A stretch of 64,000 bases of DNA from Eledone cirrhosa. Its lineage: Eukaryota. The notes under the pieces are model-generated. The model did not search any database. It saw only the letters and a list, made by a program, of their open reading frames with translations, and was not told the origin of the DNA. This document shows positions 26,487 to 40,152 of this stretch, piece after piece. The stretch spans positions 325,624,001 through 325,688,000 of the forward strand of contig OZ024742.1 in NCBI GenBank assembly GCA_964016885.1, given 5' to 3'. Position 1 is the stretch's first letter; every line of letters starts with the position of its first letter. Made by a program: the position numbers and the translations under genes.

Positions 26487-29335
26487 CTATAGCACCTCTT
26501 TGTAGACGATATTGCGTGTCATCCCTTGAGGAGTGTAAGCAAAAAGTGCATTCCTGCTCCCTACGTGGGAACAGGCAACATAAAGTTGACCATGGGAGAA
26601 GCATGGCTCCCCCAAATGGATGCCCGCTACCGACAGTGTTTGCCCTTGTGACTTGTTAATGAACATGGCAAAACATGGTTTCATCGGGAATTGTGATCGC
26701 CGGAAATCGAACGGGATATCTGACGCCGAGGGAAAAAGGTTCATCCTTGGAATGAAAACATTCTCCCCTCTCCCGCACCACGTTACAATGGTGACCTCAA
26801 TCAAGTGGGGCGTCATCGACTTGATGACCATGCGAGTACCGTTGCACTGCTTTGGTGGGCGCAAGTTCCTTATTAGCATAATGAGACAGCCAACCCTAAG
26901 CTTAAGAATGTGAGGTGGGAGCCCTGGAGGCTGAAGGGAATTTAATAACTCAACCGGATAATTAACGATATCGTCGGGGTCTGTCGATAAATTTGAAGAT
27001 GTGCTCTTTACCGGGAATTTTCTCAATCAGCTGCTCGTTAATAAAATTAACCATGGCATTTTTCGGAGCAAGGATGGCTCTTTCTCTGAGCCAATCAAAG
27101 TTTTTAAAGTTAGATGAGACATTAGGAAAAACTGCCTCCCAAAGGTTAGAAGGGTTGCTCACAATCTTGCACAGGGAGTCGATTGCTATGCCGCCCTTGT
27201 TATCCGCAGGGACCTTACCCTCACCAAGTGCTAAAATGTTCTGAGCAAATGCTGCAGACATGTTGTCACCATGCAAATGATCACGCATATTTGTGCTCAG
27301 GTACAAAATCTTCACCTGGGGCCACAACGTGGACGATTTAAGGCAGGCACGCACTTCATCAGCTCTTGTCCCTTTGGGGTTGACAGGCAGAGTTTGCCGA
27401 AAATCCCCTGATAGCAGAAGGGTTACGCCACTCATAGGAGCCGTAGAATCCCTAATGTCTTTCAGGATCCCGTCCAATGCCTCAAGGGCACCCTTGTGTG
27501 CCATTGTGCACTAATCCCAAACAATGAGGCAACATATTTTGAGAACCATAGCTTCGTGTGAGCTCTTGCTAATATTGCATGTTGGTGTCTCAGTTTTTAC
27601 TAAATCCAAGGGGAGTTTAAAGGTTGAATGTGCTGTCCTGCCTCTCGGTAGCAAAGTAGCAGCGATCCCTGACGATGCAACGGCTAACTCAATTTTTTTC
27701 TCCTGACGAATCATAGCGGGAATCAATTTTGTTACAAAAGTTTTTCCGGTACCCCCAGGAGCATCGAGAAAGTAAATACCTCCAGTCTGATTTTGAACCG
27801 CTTCAATGATAGTTAAATAGGCCAACCTTTGGTCCTACAGACGTTTGGGCTCATTTTCCTCTAAGTATTAGGAAAGAGATTCGATGTCATATGCTTTTTC
27901 CCGCAACAAATCCGGGGCCAACGTGTTAACTTCATCTGTGACGGTTGACGGCAAGCTATACGTCGCCAACTTACTCCCACCCATGTCGAGGAGGGCGTCA
28001 TCGATATCAATGAGTTCCCTGTTGTAGATAATGCCGCTGTAAGCAACTTCCACTGAAGGATACTGCAGATGAGCCAGGCGGGGGAAATCCTGTACTTGAC
28101 CCATAAAGATTTAGGATCACCCAATTCACACTTTTGAAGCAAAATGGCAAAGAGTTCCCGTACACCTTTAGGTGATTTCAACAAAGCACCCTCTGCTAAA
28201 GTGGAATCCTATTGCCAATCATCTTCCAAAATACCACGCTTAAAGCAGGCTTCCCGGTACATATCACATATTTCTCCATCAACAGTTTTGAGGTCCTGAA
28301 AACTTTGTGGGCCTACAACTTCATGCAGAAGAATACGGAGATGAAAACACTCATGCTAACGTGGGGTCACAGTGTAAACCCTTCCAAGACAGCTGTCAAA
28401 TTTTACACCAGGATGTCTTTCAACAGCCTGACCTGACTTTCTTCGCACCCAAGTGTTTTTCGACCATATAAAGTCGGATGGAACCTGTGGGTACACAATT
28501 GTTTGCGCAAATGTATCGAACTGGCAAAGTTTGAAGAAACCTGTCAGAGTGGTCTCTTTCGGATAGGCGGCCAGCTTGGCGGCGGTTTGGTCCGTAAAGT
28601 AAACCCTTTGCCCATTTTCCAAATGTACCGCAAGCTGTACGATGGCGGGGTGCCGTTGGTGTATGGGGAAACCAAATAGGCGCCAAAAAGCTTCATTTCT
28701 ACTGATGTACCGCCCCGCCAGGTATTCTGTGACCTCATTAGAGCCCTTATTTACATATTTGCATATGTATTTTATAGACTTGTCGGAGTTGCAAAACTCA
28801 ACGTTGATGTGGGCGTTTAACATCTTCAAGAGAAGCGAGCAGTAAGGGACCACACATCTATTGTCGACTTGACCTCCCTTTACTGTTGTGGTGAAACCAC
28901 CGTTGTCGGGCCGTATCCGCCTGTACAGGGGGTACCCATCGCCACCAGTCTGAGTCTTGTCAACAAATGTTTTGGGGTATCCCTTACTGCACGACCCCCC
29001 TTTCAGACACGTTTGATGCCCATTAGGACCCGACGCACACGGACCATGTTAGCTTTGACGACGGCATGTAATTACTGGTCAGTTTCTGGGTTAGGGATTT
29101 CAGCTGAAATGAAGCTGTCTATGGCATTTGAATTGATTTTATCAGCTAACCAAATCAAAATGTGAGCATGTGGCAGCCCTCGTTTTTTGCCATTCGACGG
29201 TGAACATGTCACATTTTACAGCCCCAAATACCTGACCTTTTTGATTAAAGCCATGCGTTTAGCCAGTTTCAGTCTGAACACTCTGGCAATGAGGTCATGT
29301 CTGTTCGAATAATTTTGCCCAGGAAAAGTTCACGG
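26487..29335 (-). pseudogene. Helitron Rep/PIF1 helicase pseudogene
   Basis: [49 protein letters not shown] and HGQLYVACS motifs spread over several frames with stops. Confidence 0.92.
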
Positions 29336-29446
29336 GTTACATTCCGATGCATATGTCTATAGCATTAATCTGTTATATGAAGTGTTATTTTGCGGGTTGT
29401 TATTTGTAATAAGCCGATTGAAAATGCACCAGATAAGCCGTATGCC

Positions 29447-29864
29447 AATACGGAACGCTCCACTGCAGTGTTGTCATATAGGGAGTGAAGAGCGACAGAG
29501 AGAGTAAAGCAGTTAAATTATAGAGAGGGGGAATATACGGAACGCTCCGTTTGATCATATTCATTGTTTCTCTCTCTTAAGTGTTGTCATATAGGGGGTG
29601 AAGAGAGACAGAGAGAGTAAAGCAGTTAAATTATAGAGGGGGAGAATATACGGAACGCTCCATTTGATCATATACATTGTTTCTCTCTCTGCAGTGTTGT
29701 CATATAGGGAGTGAATAGAGACAGAGAGTAAAGCAGTTACAGTATAGAGAGGGGGAATATACGGAACGCTCCATTTGATCATATACATTGTTTCTCTCTC
29801 TGCAGTGTTGTCATATGGGGAGTGAAGAGCGACAGAGAGAGTAAAGCAGTTAAATTATAGAGAG
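29447..29864. repeat. ~113-bp minisatellite (about 3.6 units) inside Helitron A
   Basis: GTGTTGTCAT recurs at 29468, 29581, 29694 and 29805. Confidence 0.92.
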
Positions 29865-30496
29865 GTCGTTATTGTTACGTTTGTTGTTTTATAAATTCAT
29901 CTGTTGCTTTTGAATATATGTTATTTGGTGTAAAATGTGACGTTGAGAGAGCAGTATGTATTTAGTGTTATAGGCTTTTTAAATTTTGATATTTGATGTA
30001 TGAGTGTCGTTATGACTGTAGAGAGGGTGAATAATATATTGTAGAGAGAGGGAAGAGCGACGGAGAGAGTAAAGCTATGGTTGTTGTGTTGCTTAGGTTT
30101 CAAAGTTTGTGTCGCGTTCCTTCAAAAGAAGTTTTGTTGTTCTAAACTGTAAAGGATAGTAAACGGAGGCAGTAACCTTTTAAAGAGAGTTGAAGAGGAG
30201 ATTGAGAGGGGAGTAGAGGAAAATATGAACCTTTTAAAGAGAGTTGCAAAATGTATGTAGTTTCAAATATTTTTGATGGTAGTAGTGAGAGTAATGAAGC
30301 GTGTAATAGAGAGGGTTACAGCATGTATTTAGTTTTATCGATTTTTTTTCATAGAAGTAGGAAACCGTTGGGAAATATAATTACGCCTTGACCTGTCCTG
30401 GTAAATTTGGAGCACATTGGAAAAAAAAGCATCAAAATTGATAGAGAAATGTGGAAATGCATAACAATCATACATACACACGGACAGACATCTACC

Positions 30497-30593
<97 letters not shown>

Positions 30594-30837
30594 GGGATTT
30601 AGTGATTTAATCCTGGTATGTATATAAGCATTTCTAACTTTAATTTTTACCTAATTATGTATAGTTGACCGTATATTTAATTAATTTCCACGTGCTGTTG
30701 AAATATTGGGTAATATTCTATAGCGGTTGGCCGCGAACACGCTGCTGTGGCGTATTTATTTACTGTTTCTTCATAGGAGACTTTTATTCTTATAGCCTGA
30801 TCTAATTGATTTTTTGTGTGGTTAATTATGCTGATTG

Positions 30838-33800
30838 GCATTCCAACCATCCTGCCAGCATAACCAAGAACCTGGTGAGAAACGTTTCGTTGAGGCTTTC
30901 CCGTCTTTCCACCAACGAGCGCATTTTCAACGACCATTCCACTCATTACAATGAAGCTCTTGCTCGAAGTGGATTTGTCGATAAGGTAGCATATACAGAG
31001 TACGAAAATAGACCTAGAACCCGTCGCATTTGTTGGTTTAACCCACCCTATAATATGGAGGTGGCCACACCATTAGCTAAGATCTTTCTTTCCCTTATTA
31101 CGAAGCATTTTCCCCCTACAGATAAATATAGTAAAATTTTTAATAGAAATACTATTACAATGTCTTAGTCTACGACTCCTAACCTTGCACATAACATCAC
31201 AGCTTCAAATTTAGCTAAACTACCTAGCCGTAGGAACACGTGCAACCCTGTAGTTAGTACTAACTGTAATTGTAGGAATCGGGCTGATTGCCCCCTATCC
31301 GGGAAATGCCTCTCTAGTAACATTGTCTACAAATGTAAGGTTGTAACACCCACGTCCCGTAGGGCCTACATAGGGTTAACCGCCAATAGTTTCAAGCAGC
31401 GTCTTTACATGCATACCCATTCTTTTCGTTACCCTCTAAGAAGGAATATGACGTCACTTTCAGCTTGTATCTGGAGTCTAAAAGACAACCACACCCAATA
31501 TAAGTTACACTGGGAGATCCTAGCTAGAGCTAGATCGTATAACGGAAATAAAAGACCATGTGACCTCTGCGCCGCTGAGGCCCTGGAAATACTCTACGCT
31601 ACAGACCACATCTTAAACAAAAAATCTGAGGCAATTTCGGCTTGTAAACATAAATTGCACAAAACTTTCCTGTATTACAGCCCCACGTTATACCCTAACG
31701 GATAGCACGATCTATACGTGGATATTTTACGTCTTGATGTGGGAGCTAAGTATATGTTTTGTTTATTCCTTTACTTATTTGCATAGGTAAGTATATATTA
31801 CCCATATGTTTTGTGAAGGTATGTATACCTTCTCGTACGTATATTTGACTGTTATAGCGTATAATTTTTACATATTCTGGTATTTAGGGTTTGGCTATGT
31901 GTATACGGGAGTTTTGCGTCCGCGTGAGTGTGCTGGTTCGTACGTATGGTGGGTGTGTGTATATGTGTACTTCTTGTTTTAGTTGACTTACATTCGTGTA
32001 TTTATATGTAGGTATGCGTGTGCGCTTGTTATATACCTATTTATTTACTTATATACGTTTTTATAATTATTTATTTATTTGTACACAAGCATACACACAC
32101 ACACATATTTATATGTGCGTGGTTTTGTATACCCATGGTAAGGTTTTGCGTATGCTTGTGTATGTACGTATCTGTTTGCGTGTATGTATTCATTTGTTTC
32201 TATTACTTCTGTATTGTATTTATTTACTTTGTTCTTAACTCTGTAGCGGAGATTCATTTGGTCTCCTAGTTAGAATTTTAGTCTACGATTTCTGCTATAC
32301 CATTTACGTGGTTTTCTCTTTGCGTGCTATTGTTCTCCACGCTCCACATATGACTTATTATCTTCGTTTTTTCGTTCATTGCCAGAGAACGTCTCTATGT
32401 ACCACCTAAGAGAACATTAGTCTACGACTTCTTTTATACCATAAACGTGGTTTTGTCATTGCGCGTAATTGTTTTTCACCGCTCCTATTAATGACGTATT
32501 ATTCGTTTTTTTCCCGTTCTTTGCCAGCGAATGTTACCACGAACCAAAGTATCGTCTTCCTGTCTTCCCCCGGTTGCAACGTTTTTTGAAATATCCAGTT
32601 CTGCGTTTACAGATTGACTTTATTAGTTTCAGAAGATCCCGCTAAGGGTGAAAGCAGCGATTCTTTGCTTAAACTTTAATCTGTTATTTTAATAAATATT
32701 TGCTCTACGGTTCTTATATATTTGATATATATTTTCCTTATCGAGCCCTCTTTGGATTTTAGTCTTCAATTTTATTATTATTACTATTTGGCTCCTTCGG
32801 TTGAGCACTCTAATGACTTATATTGATCTTGCAGAAACAACATCTGAATATTTTTACAAAGAACATACCCGTACCAAGCAGGAAAACATACCTAACACTC
32901 CTGATACAGAAAACAGACGCGTTCATTAAAAGGTTGCGTTGGCGTGCCTTTTATTTCGATAATCCGCGAAAAGCAGACAACAAACAGGATAAATTTGGAT
33001 TTAAAACTTATAATAACCCTCCGTGGAACCCAGCATTGCTACCCTTCGAAAATGATGTCTTGGAACTCATTCGGAATATCAAATTTTGGAATAGGAGCAA
33101 TTCCTTCCAGCAAAACCTGAAGAATAGAATTCGTTCTATTAAGGATTCTAACGCCGTGCGCGTCCATTCCGACAAAACTGGCAACCTATATCAAGTGGAG
33201 CGCAGTACTTACCATCAACTACTACATAATACTGTAACTAAGGATTACTGTAAAACTAATCGGTACGTCATCAATGAAATCAACGATGCTGGGTTTAAAA
33301 TCACATCTGATCTCAACATCCTGGACCGGACCGAACCTCTGGACCCTATCTCTCCCCACTTTACCCTGAAGGATCACAAATCCAATTTTCCGAACAACCC
33401 CTCTATTCGGCTTATTAACCCTACGAAGTCCGATTTAGGTAGACTTAGTAAAACGATTCTTGATAGAATTATACCTGAAATTAGAAGTTTGGCCCCTCTA
33501 GCACTGTGGAACAATTCTTTCGCGTTGATTGATTGGTTCAACGGCATATGTAACAAGGAACATTGCCGTTTTATCCAATTCGACATCAACAATTACTACT
33601 CCTCCATCACTTTACCACTTCTCCTTAGAGCTATCAATTTCGCTAAAACACTCACAGTGGTTAAGGATTTTGAAGTTGATGACATCCTTAATGCCCGAAA
33701 GTCGGTGATTAATTTCGACGACTCTATTTGGATTAAAAAATCCAATAGTACCCCATTCGACGTGAGTATGGGCGCCAGTGACTCTGCATAGGTTACTGAT

Positions 33801-36027
33801 CTTATTGGCCTTTTCCTTCTTTTCTCTATCAAGGACGAATTCCCCAACGCGGGCGGTGGTTTGTACCGTGACGATGGTCTTTTGACCATGACTAAGTGTG
33901 GACCTCGTGCTTGCGACAGGTTCAGAAAAGAACTCACATCCTTCTTTAAAGGCTTCAACCTCTCTATACAGGTTGAGGCCAATCTCTCGGTCGTTAATTA
34001 CCACGACGCTACCCTCAATTTATTGAATGGGTTGTATTACCCGTATAGAAAGCCGAATGATACGCTTAATTACATAAGTAAGCATTCCAACCATCCTGCC
34101 AGCATAACCAAGAACCTGGTGAGAAACGTTTCGTTGAGGCTTTCCCGTCTTTCCACCAACGAGCGCATTTTCAACGACCATTCCACTCATTACAATGAAG
34201 CTCTTGCTCGAAGTGGATTTGTCGATAAGGTAGCATATACAGAGTACGAAAATAGACCTAGAACCCGTCGCATTTGTTGGTTTAACCCACCCTATAATAT
34301 GGAGGTGGCCACACCATTAGCTAAGATCTTTCTTTCCCTTATTACGAAGCATTTTCCCCCTACACATAAATATAGTAAAATTTTTAATAGAAATACTATT
34401 AAAATTTATTTCTTACTCTACCACTCCTAACCTTGCACATAACATCACAGCTTCAAATTTAGCTAAACTACCTAGCCGTAGGAATACGTGCAACCCTGTA
34501 GTTAGTACTAACTGTAATTGTAGGAATCGGGCTGATTGCCCCCTATCCGGGAAATGCCTCTCTAGTAACATTGTCTACAAATGTAAGGTTGTAACACCCA
34601 CGTCCCGTAGGGCCTACATAGGGTTAACCGCCAATAGTTTCAAGCAGCGTCTTTACATGCATATCCATTCTTTTCGTTACCCTCTAAGAAGGAATATGAC
34701 GTCACTTTCAGCTTATATCTGGAGTCTAAAAGACAACCACACCCAATATAAGTTACACTGGGAGATCCTAGCTAGAGCTAGATCGTATAACGGAAATAAA
34801 AGACCATGTGACCTCTGCGCCGCTGAGGCCCTGGAAATACTCTACGCTACAGACCACATCTTAAACAAAAAATCTGAGGCAATTTCGGCTTGTAAACATA
34901 AATTGCACAAAACTTTCCTGTATTACAGCCCCACGTTATACCCTAACGGATAGCACGATCTATACGTGGATATTTTACGTCTTGATGTGGGAGCTAAGTA
35001 TATGTTTTGTTTATTCCTTTACTTATTTGCATAGGTAAGTATATATTACCCGTATGTTTTGTGAAGGTATGTATACCTTCTTGTACGTATATTTGACTGT
35101 TATAGCGTATAATTTTTACATATTCTGGTATTTAGGGTTTGGCTATGTGTATACGGGAGTTTTGCGTCCGCGTGAGTGTGCTGGTTCGTACGTATGGTGG
35201 GTGTGTGTATATGTGTACTTCTTGTTTTAGTTGACTTACATTCGTGTATTTATATGTAGGTATGCGTGTGCGCTTGTTATATACGTATTTATTTACTTAT
35301 ATACGTTTATATAATGATTTATTTATTTGTACACAAGCATACACACACACTCATATTTATATGTGCGTGGTTTTGTATACCCATGGTAAGGTTTTGCGTA
35401 TGCTTGTGTATGTACGTATCTGTTTGCGTGTATGTATTTATTTGTTTCTATTACTTCTGTATTGTATTTATTTACTTTGTTCTTAACTCTGTAGCGGAGA
35501 TTCATTTGGTCTCCTAGTTAGAATTTTAGTCTACGATTTCTGCTATACCATTTACGTGGTTTTGTCTTTGCGTGCTATTGTTCTCCACGCACCACATATG
35601 ACTTATTATCTTCGTTTCTTTGTTCATTGCCAGAGAACATCTCTATGCACCACCTTAGAGAACATTAGTCTACGACCTCATTTATACCATAAACGTGGTT
35701 TTGTCTTTGCCCGTAATTGTTTTTCACTGCTCCTATTAATGACGTATTATTCGTTTTTCCCGTTCTTTGCCAGCGAACGTTACCACGAACCAAAGTATTG
35801 TCTTCCTGACTTCCTCCGGTTGCAACGTTTTTTGAAATATCCAGTTCTGCGTTTACAGATTGACTTTGTTAGTTTCAGAAGATCCCGCTAAGGGTGAAAG
35901 CAGCGATTCTTTGCTTAAACTTTAATCTGTTATTTTAATAAATATTTGCTCTACGGTTCTTATATATTTGATATATATTTTCCTTATCGAGCCCTCTTTG
36001 GATTTTAGTCTTCAATTTTATTATTAT

Positions 36028-36033
<6 letters not shown>
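30838..36033 (+). mobile_element. Penelope-like element in partial tandem (5'-truncated copy plus full-length copy)
   Basis: 30838-32787 is a near-identical direct repeat of 34082-36033. The RT and EN ORF lies between and within them, and the 3' end runs into (TA)n. Confidence 0.93.
32835..34953 (+). pseudogene. PLE reverse transcriptase with C-terminal GIY-YIG endonuclease
   Basis: KNIP, SDKTGN, QFDINNYYSSI, SMGA, YRDDGL, WFNPP, CNC..CP, NIVY..AYIGLT..FKQR..H and CxxC..CKH. There is a TAG at 33789-33791 and a frameshift near 34405. Confidence 0.92.
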
Positions 36034-36087
<54 letters not shown>

Positions 36088-36415
36088 TGGTGGACTAGCA
36101 TGGTTTCCAGGTTGCCCAACGGCTTGTGGGCGTCAGGGGTCCCACGGTAGCATTTCAGGGCCCCGCAGTAGTATTGCATGGTCTACGGTAGTATTTTAGA
36201 GGACAATGGCTAGCTTTCAAAAAATACCGGAAGAAAAAAAAAATTTTTTTAAAAGAATAAATAGAACAATTATGCCAAGCATTTGGTCAACCAATTCCCC
36301 AGAAAATTACTAGAAACCGAAATATATGGTAGTAGAATTAGATGGAATCAGTGGCTGCATTTCTACTAAATCTATATCTTAGTGCATGCAAACAAGCATG
36401 TATATATATATATAT

Positions 36416-36589
36416 AACGAAGGAAATGTGGTAAGGAACCAGGTGGACCATAACGCACCAAAGTACTCAATACTTAGGGTAGTAGAGTGGGTAATAGGAA
36501 CAAGTAAGACCCCGACGGCTGAGCTCAAGCCGTTTCGACGGCTAATTCGTCGAAACGGCTTGAGCTCACCCGTCGGGGTCTTACTTGTT

Positions 36590-36591
<2 letters not shown>
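36416..36591 (-). mobile_element. Palindromic PLE-terminus element (shortened centre) with tail
   Basis: Same sequence family as 15553-15740, reverse orientation. Confidence 0.85.
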
Positions 36592-36654
<63 letters not shown>

Positions 36655-36793
36655 TTACACATACACACGAACTACTGACCAAATAATGTTTGGAACCAAC
36701 GGGTTAAAGACACCTATCAAATTAATTAGTGGTGAAGGTGATGTATATATATATACATATAGATACATTGACCAATATATATGTATATATATA

Positions 36794-36874
<81 letters not shown>

Positions 36875-37677
36875 GTATACAGTTGAAAATTGCAAACTCG
36901 ACTGTCACCACACATGATGAACCTGAAGATTGCGAAAACATGAAAGTACTTGTTCAATTAACACTTAGAATTTAATATTCTATCATACTATTTCATTATA
37001 ATACCATTATATATATTTTAAAGGATTGTAAATAAGACAAAGTTGGAATTCCTCTTATTAATATAATCTTCTATACACAATCATACACACCCGTGTATAT
37101 TTACCTATCTATATCTATATGTATATATATATATACATACACACACACTTATATATATATATATATATATACACAGTGTCAATTAGATCCTAGAGATTTT
37201 TGCACTTGTTGAAAACATAAATCTATATATAGACATGTATATGTGTGCATATACACGCACTCCCATATTTATATATATATATATGTGTGTGTGTGTGTAT
37301 CGATATTGAGTGTGAAATACCAAAGGTCTTAATTGAAAGTCTCTGGTTTTAGCAAAATACTAAATATTTTACTGTATAATATATTTTATTGGAGAAGGTA
37401 ATTTATATTTTCGCAAAAAGTTGATTTCACTGTGTTGTTTCCACATCTGCATTTTTTAAAAATCTTATTCATTCATTATAAAAATTAAATGATAACAGTG
37501 TTCATATGTAGGTGGGCTACCTTCATCTCCTGGCAACCAATATTAAGCCACTCTTTACACATACACTGACACAATCACACGCACACACATACACACAGAC
37601 ACATCCTCATGTATATATGTGTGTGTCCGCGTGTATCTGTGTGTTTCTAAATATATATATATATATATATATATATA

Positions 37678-39715
37678 GGAACCAGTAAGACCCCGACAGC
37701 TGAGCTCAAGCCGTATCGACGGCTAATTCTGGACTAAATGAAAATTTATCCTGGTATTTAAATAGCCGATCTTCTCAAGGGGTAATTCCATATATGGTCA
37801 AAGTGATTGTCAAAAATCAGTAGTAATTCTGTGGTTGCAAATTAGTAGGGGAGATGGTGGCTAAACCTGCCAGTAGGAGAAAGAGGGGAGGGGGTGGAGT
37901 AGACCCAATCAAGCGTTGGTAGTGCCAGCTACAGCTGGGCATGAGGTCAAAGAAGATACAGGGGAGGGAGAGGGGGAGGAAGTCGGAACGATCTATTTGC
38001 CCACTCGACAATAGATGCAGAGACCGTAATGTGATCTACCAGTGCAACGTGAGGACGGATACCTCCAACAAAGCCCTTATAGGACTTACCGCATGTGACT
38101 TCAAGACCCGGCTATACCAACATAGACATACCTTCCGAAACCCGGCCCGGCGTCACGCCACTACACTTTCGGGCCACATATGGGACCTCAAGGACAACAA
38201 CATCACCTATGATCTCACTTGGAGATTACTGTCCAGAGCCAATTCTTACACGGGAGGACGCCGTCCGTGCAATTTATGCTCGGAGGAAACTTTACAAATG
38301 CTGTTTTCGACAGACTAACTCCTAAACAAGAAAGATGAACTGGTTACTGCATGTAAACATAGATTGCGTAGGACTTACCTCGCCCTCAAACCCCATAATG
38401 ACCCGGGGGGGGGGGGTAGACTAGGGCTATAACACCCCACTTGCCGATTTTGCAATGGGTAACCCCTGCTTGCCAAGGGAGACGTAAGATCTTTGTATTC
38501 TTTTATCGCTTCCTTTATTTCCTTCCCCCTTCTCTCCTTAGTCCTTCTACCCCAGCTCTTCTCCTTTGTCGGCGTCTTTTCTCGCCCACCCGAGGCTGCC
38601 CTTTGGCCCCTTGTAGCCTTAGTACCCCCACCCCCTCCCCTAGTCTATGATAGATTTGGCGGACTCCGCCCTTTATAGCAGTTGGTTTAGACCCCGGATA
38701 CTTGTCCCCTTTTTCCGACCGCCCCCACTATTCTCTGTGCCCTCTATATTTCTTAGTGGCACTTATGCCTTATTTTTTCGTTTCAGTATTTCTTTCTTCG
38801 CTTTTCTTTTGGGCGGGGTGGATTCTGAATTTATTTTTCCGTATTCTACCTTTACTTCGTACGAACTTTCATGTAGCTTGTTTTAGATCTTTTAGAGTTA
38901 GCATTAGTATATATTTTTCTCGGGACTCAGAATTATTATCTCGTACAAGTTCACTTTGCTGCACTGGGTGGTTGCTGGCATTGTGCCCGGGATGGAAACC
39001 TTTATTGTTTATTTCGTGGTAATCTCTTTAGTATTTTGGCCCCTTTTGTTGACCCGTCACCGTATCATTTACGTACTTATACCTCTTAAAAGGGTCCTTG
39101 CCTATTCCGTCCCACCTAGTTCTTTTACTTATTTCGTTATTACTCTATTTCTTTCTTTACTTCTTTTTTCTTTATTTATTTATTTATTCTAGCCTAACAA
39201 TAGCTAGAGACCTAGGTCGTAAAATTTAATTTACTTTACTTTTTTCTTTACACTTATTTGCTTTTCTTCACTCTCAGTATTTTTTTCTTTCCTATATATT
39301 TCTACCCCCCATTGTTCTACCTACCGTTCCGACTTCCTCCCCCTCCCCCTCCCCTGTATATTCTTTGACCTCATGCCCATCTGTAGCTGGCACTACCAAC
39401 GCTTGATTGGGTCTACTCCACCCCCTCCCCTCTTTCTCCTACTGGCAGGTTTAGCCACCATCTCCCCTACTAATTTGCAACCACAGAATTACTACTGATT
39501 TTTGACAATCACTTTGACCATATATGGAATTACCCCTTGAGAAGATCGGCTATTTAAATACCAGGATAAATGTTCATTTAGTCCAGAATTAGCCGTCGAA
39601 CGGCTTGAGCTCAGCTGTCGGGGTCTTACTGGTTCCTATTACCCACTCTACTACCTCAAGTATTGAGTACTTTGGTGCGTTATGGTCCACCTGGTTCCTT
39701 ACCACATTTCCTTCG

Positions 39716-39717
<2 letters not shown>
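37678..39717 (+). mobile_element. 5'-truncated PLE with inverted pseudo-LTR and 3' tail, in (TA)n
   Basis: 37678-37990 is inverted at 39325-39636, followed by an ~80-bp tail. GIY-YIG remnant at 37991-38400 (ICPLDNRC..NVIYQC..LIGLT..FKTR..H..CNLC). Confidence 0.9.
39532..39624 (+). ncRNA. Type-I hammerhead with U3-A8 core (this copy lacks one A of GAAA)
   Basis: ACCCC TTGAGAA GATCGGCTA..TAGCCGTC GAA CGGCT-TGAGCTC-AGCTG TC GGGGT. GAAA is intact in sister copies (62047, 15622). Confidence 0.65.
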
Positions 39718-39753
<36 letters not shown>

Positions 39754-39758
39754 ATATA

Positions 39759-40152
39759 CGAGAGCAATCCCAAAAGTAAGGTCTCCTTCCGATATTGCAA
39801 CTTTTTCGTTAAAGTCCTGGGGATGGTGCTTCGGGAAACCTCAGGAACCAAAATGCAGAGAGCATCCAGAGTGATCCGCTGATCTATTCGCATATTTTCC
39901 TCGGAAGGAGACCATACTGTTGGGATTGCCGTCGTATATAATAACTCTGCGAAATTCGCACTTGGCGGTAGCGTTCAATGGGAGCTCCATTCTCAACGGC
40001 TGCCAAGCCAAGATTGAGCATCCCAGCGAAGCGCGCGCATGCTTGTTTGGGAGTGAAGGAAGGACCAATCACAACAGTGTTGCCAATAGTCGTGCCAACA
40101 GTTTCTCTGCGTCCCCATCGCTTTGGAGACCGTACTTTTGGGATTACCCTCG
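39759..40152 (-). mobile_element. Internally deleted mariner element
   Basis: ~28-bp TIRs CGAGAGCAATCCCAAAAGTAAGGTCTCC / GGAGACCGTACTTTTGGGATTACCCTCG with TA flanks. The minus strand reads AKCEFRRVI, like a mariner transposase N-terminus. Confidence 0.8.

Larger units (their letters stand above)
26164..30510 (-). mobile_element. Helitron A (decayed, N-terminal coding part deleted)
   Basis: The 3' end on the minus strand is CCCGAGCAACGCCGGG hairpin + CTAAACTG + CTAG followed by T. The 5' end TATATAAAACGG merges into (TA)n. Rep/helicase fragments lie inside. Confidence 0.85.

Noticed and set aside
29447-29864. CRISPR-like array
   Set aside because: Whole units repeat with no unique spacers, and the context is eukaryotic.
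32620-32668. HHR at the 3' end of the large PLE (CAGAAGA TCCC..GGGT GAAA)
   Set aside because: The core is non-canonical in both copies and no stem III/UH or stem I follows. It reads as a plain hairpin.
33789-33791. Programmed readthrough or selenocysteine in the PLE RT
   Set aside because: The codon is TAG, not TGA, at a position normally Glu, and the ORF has other lesions. Simple decay explains it.
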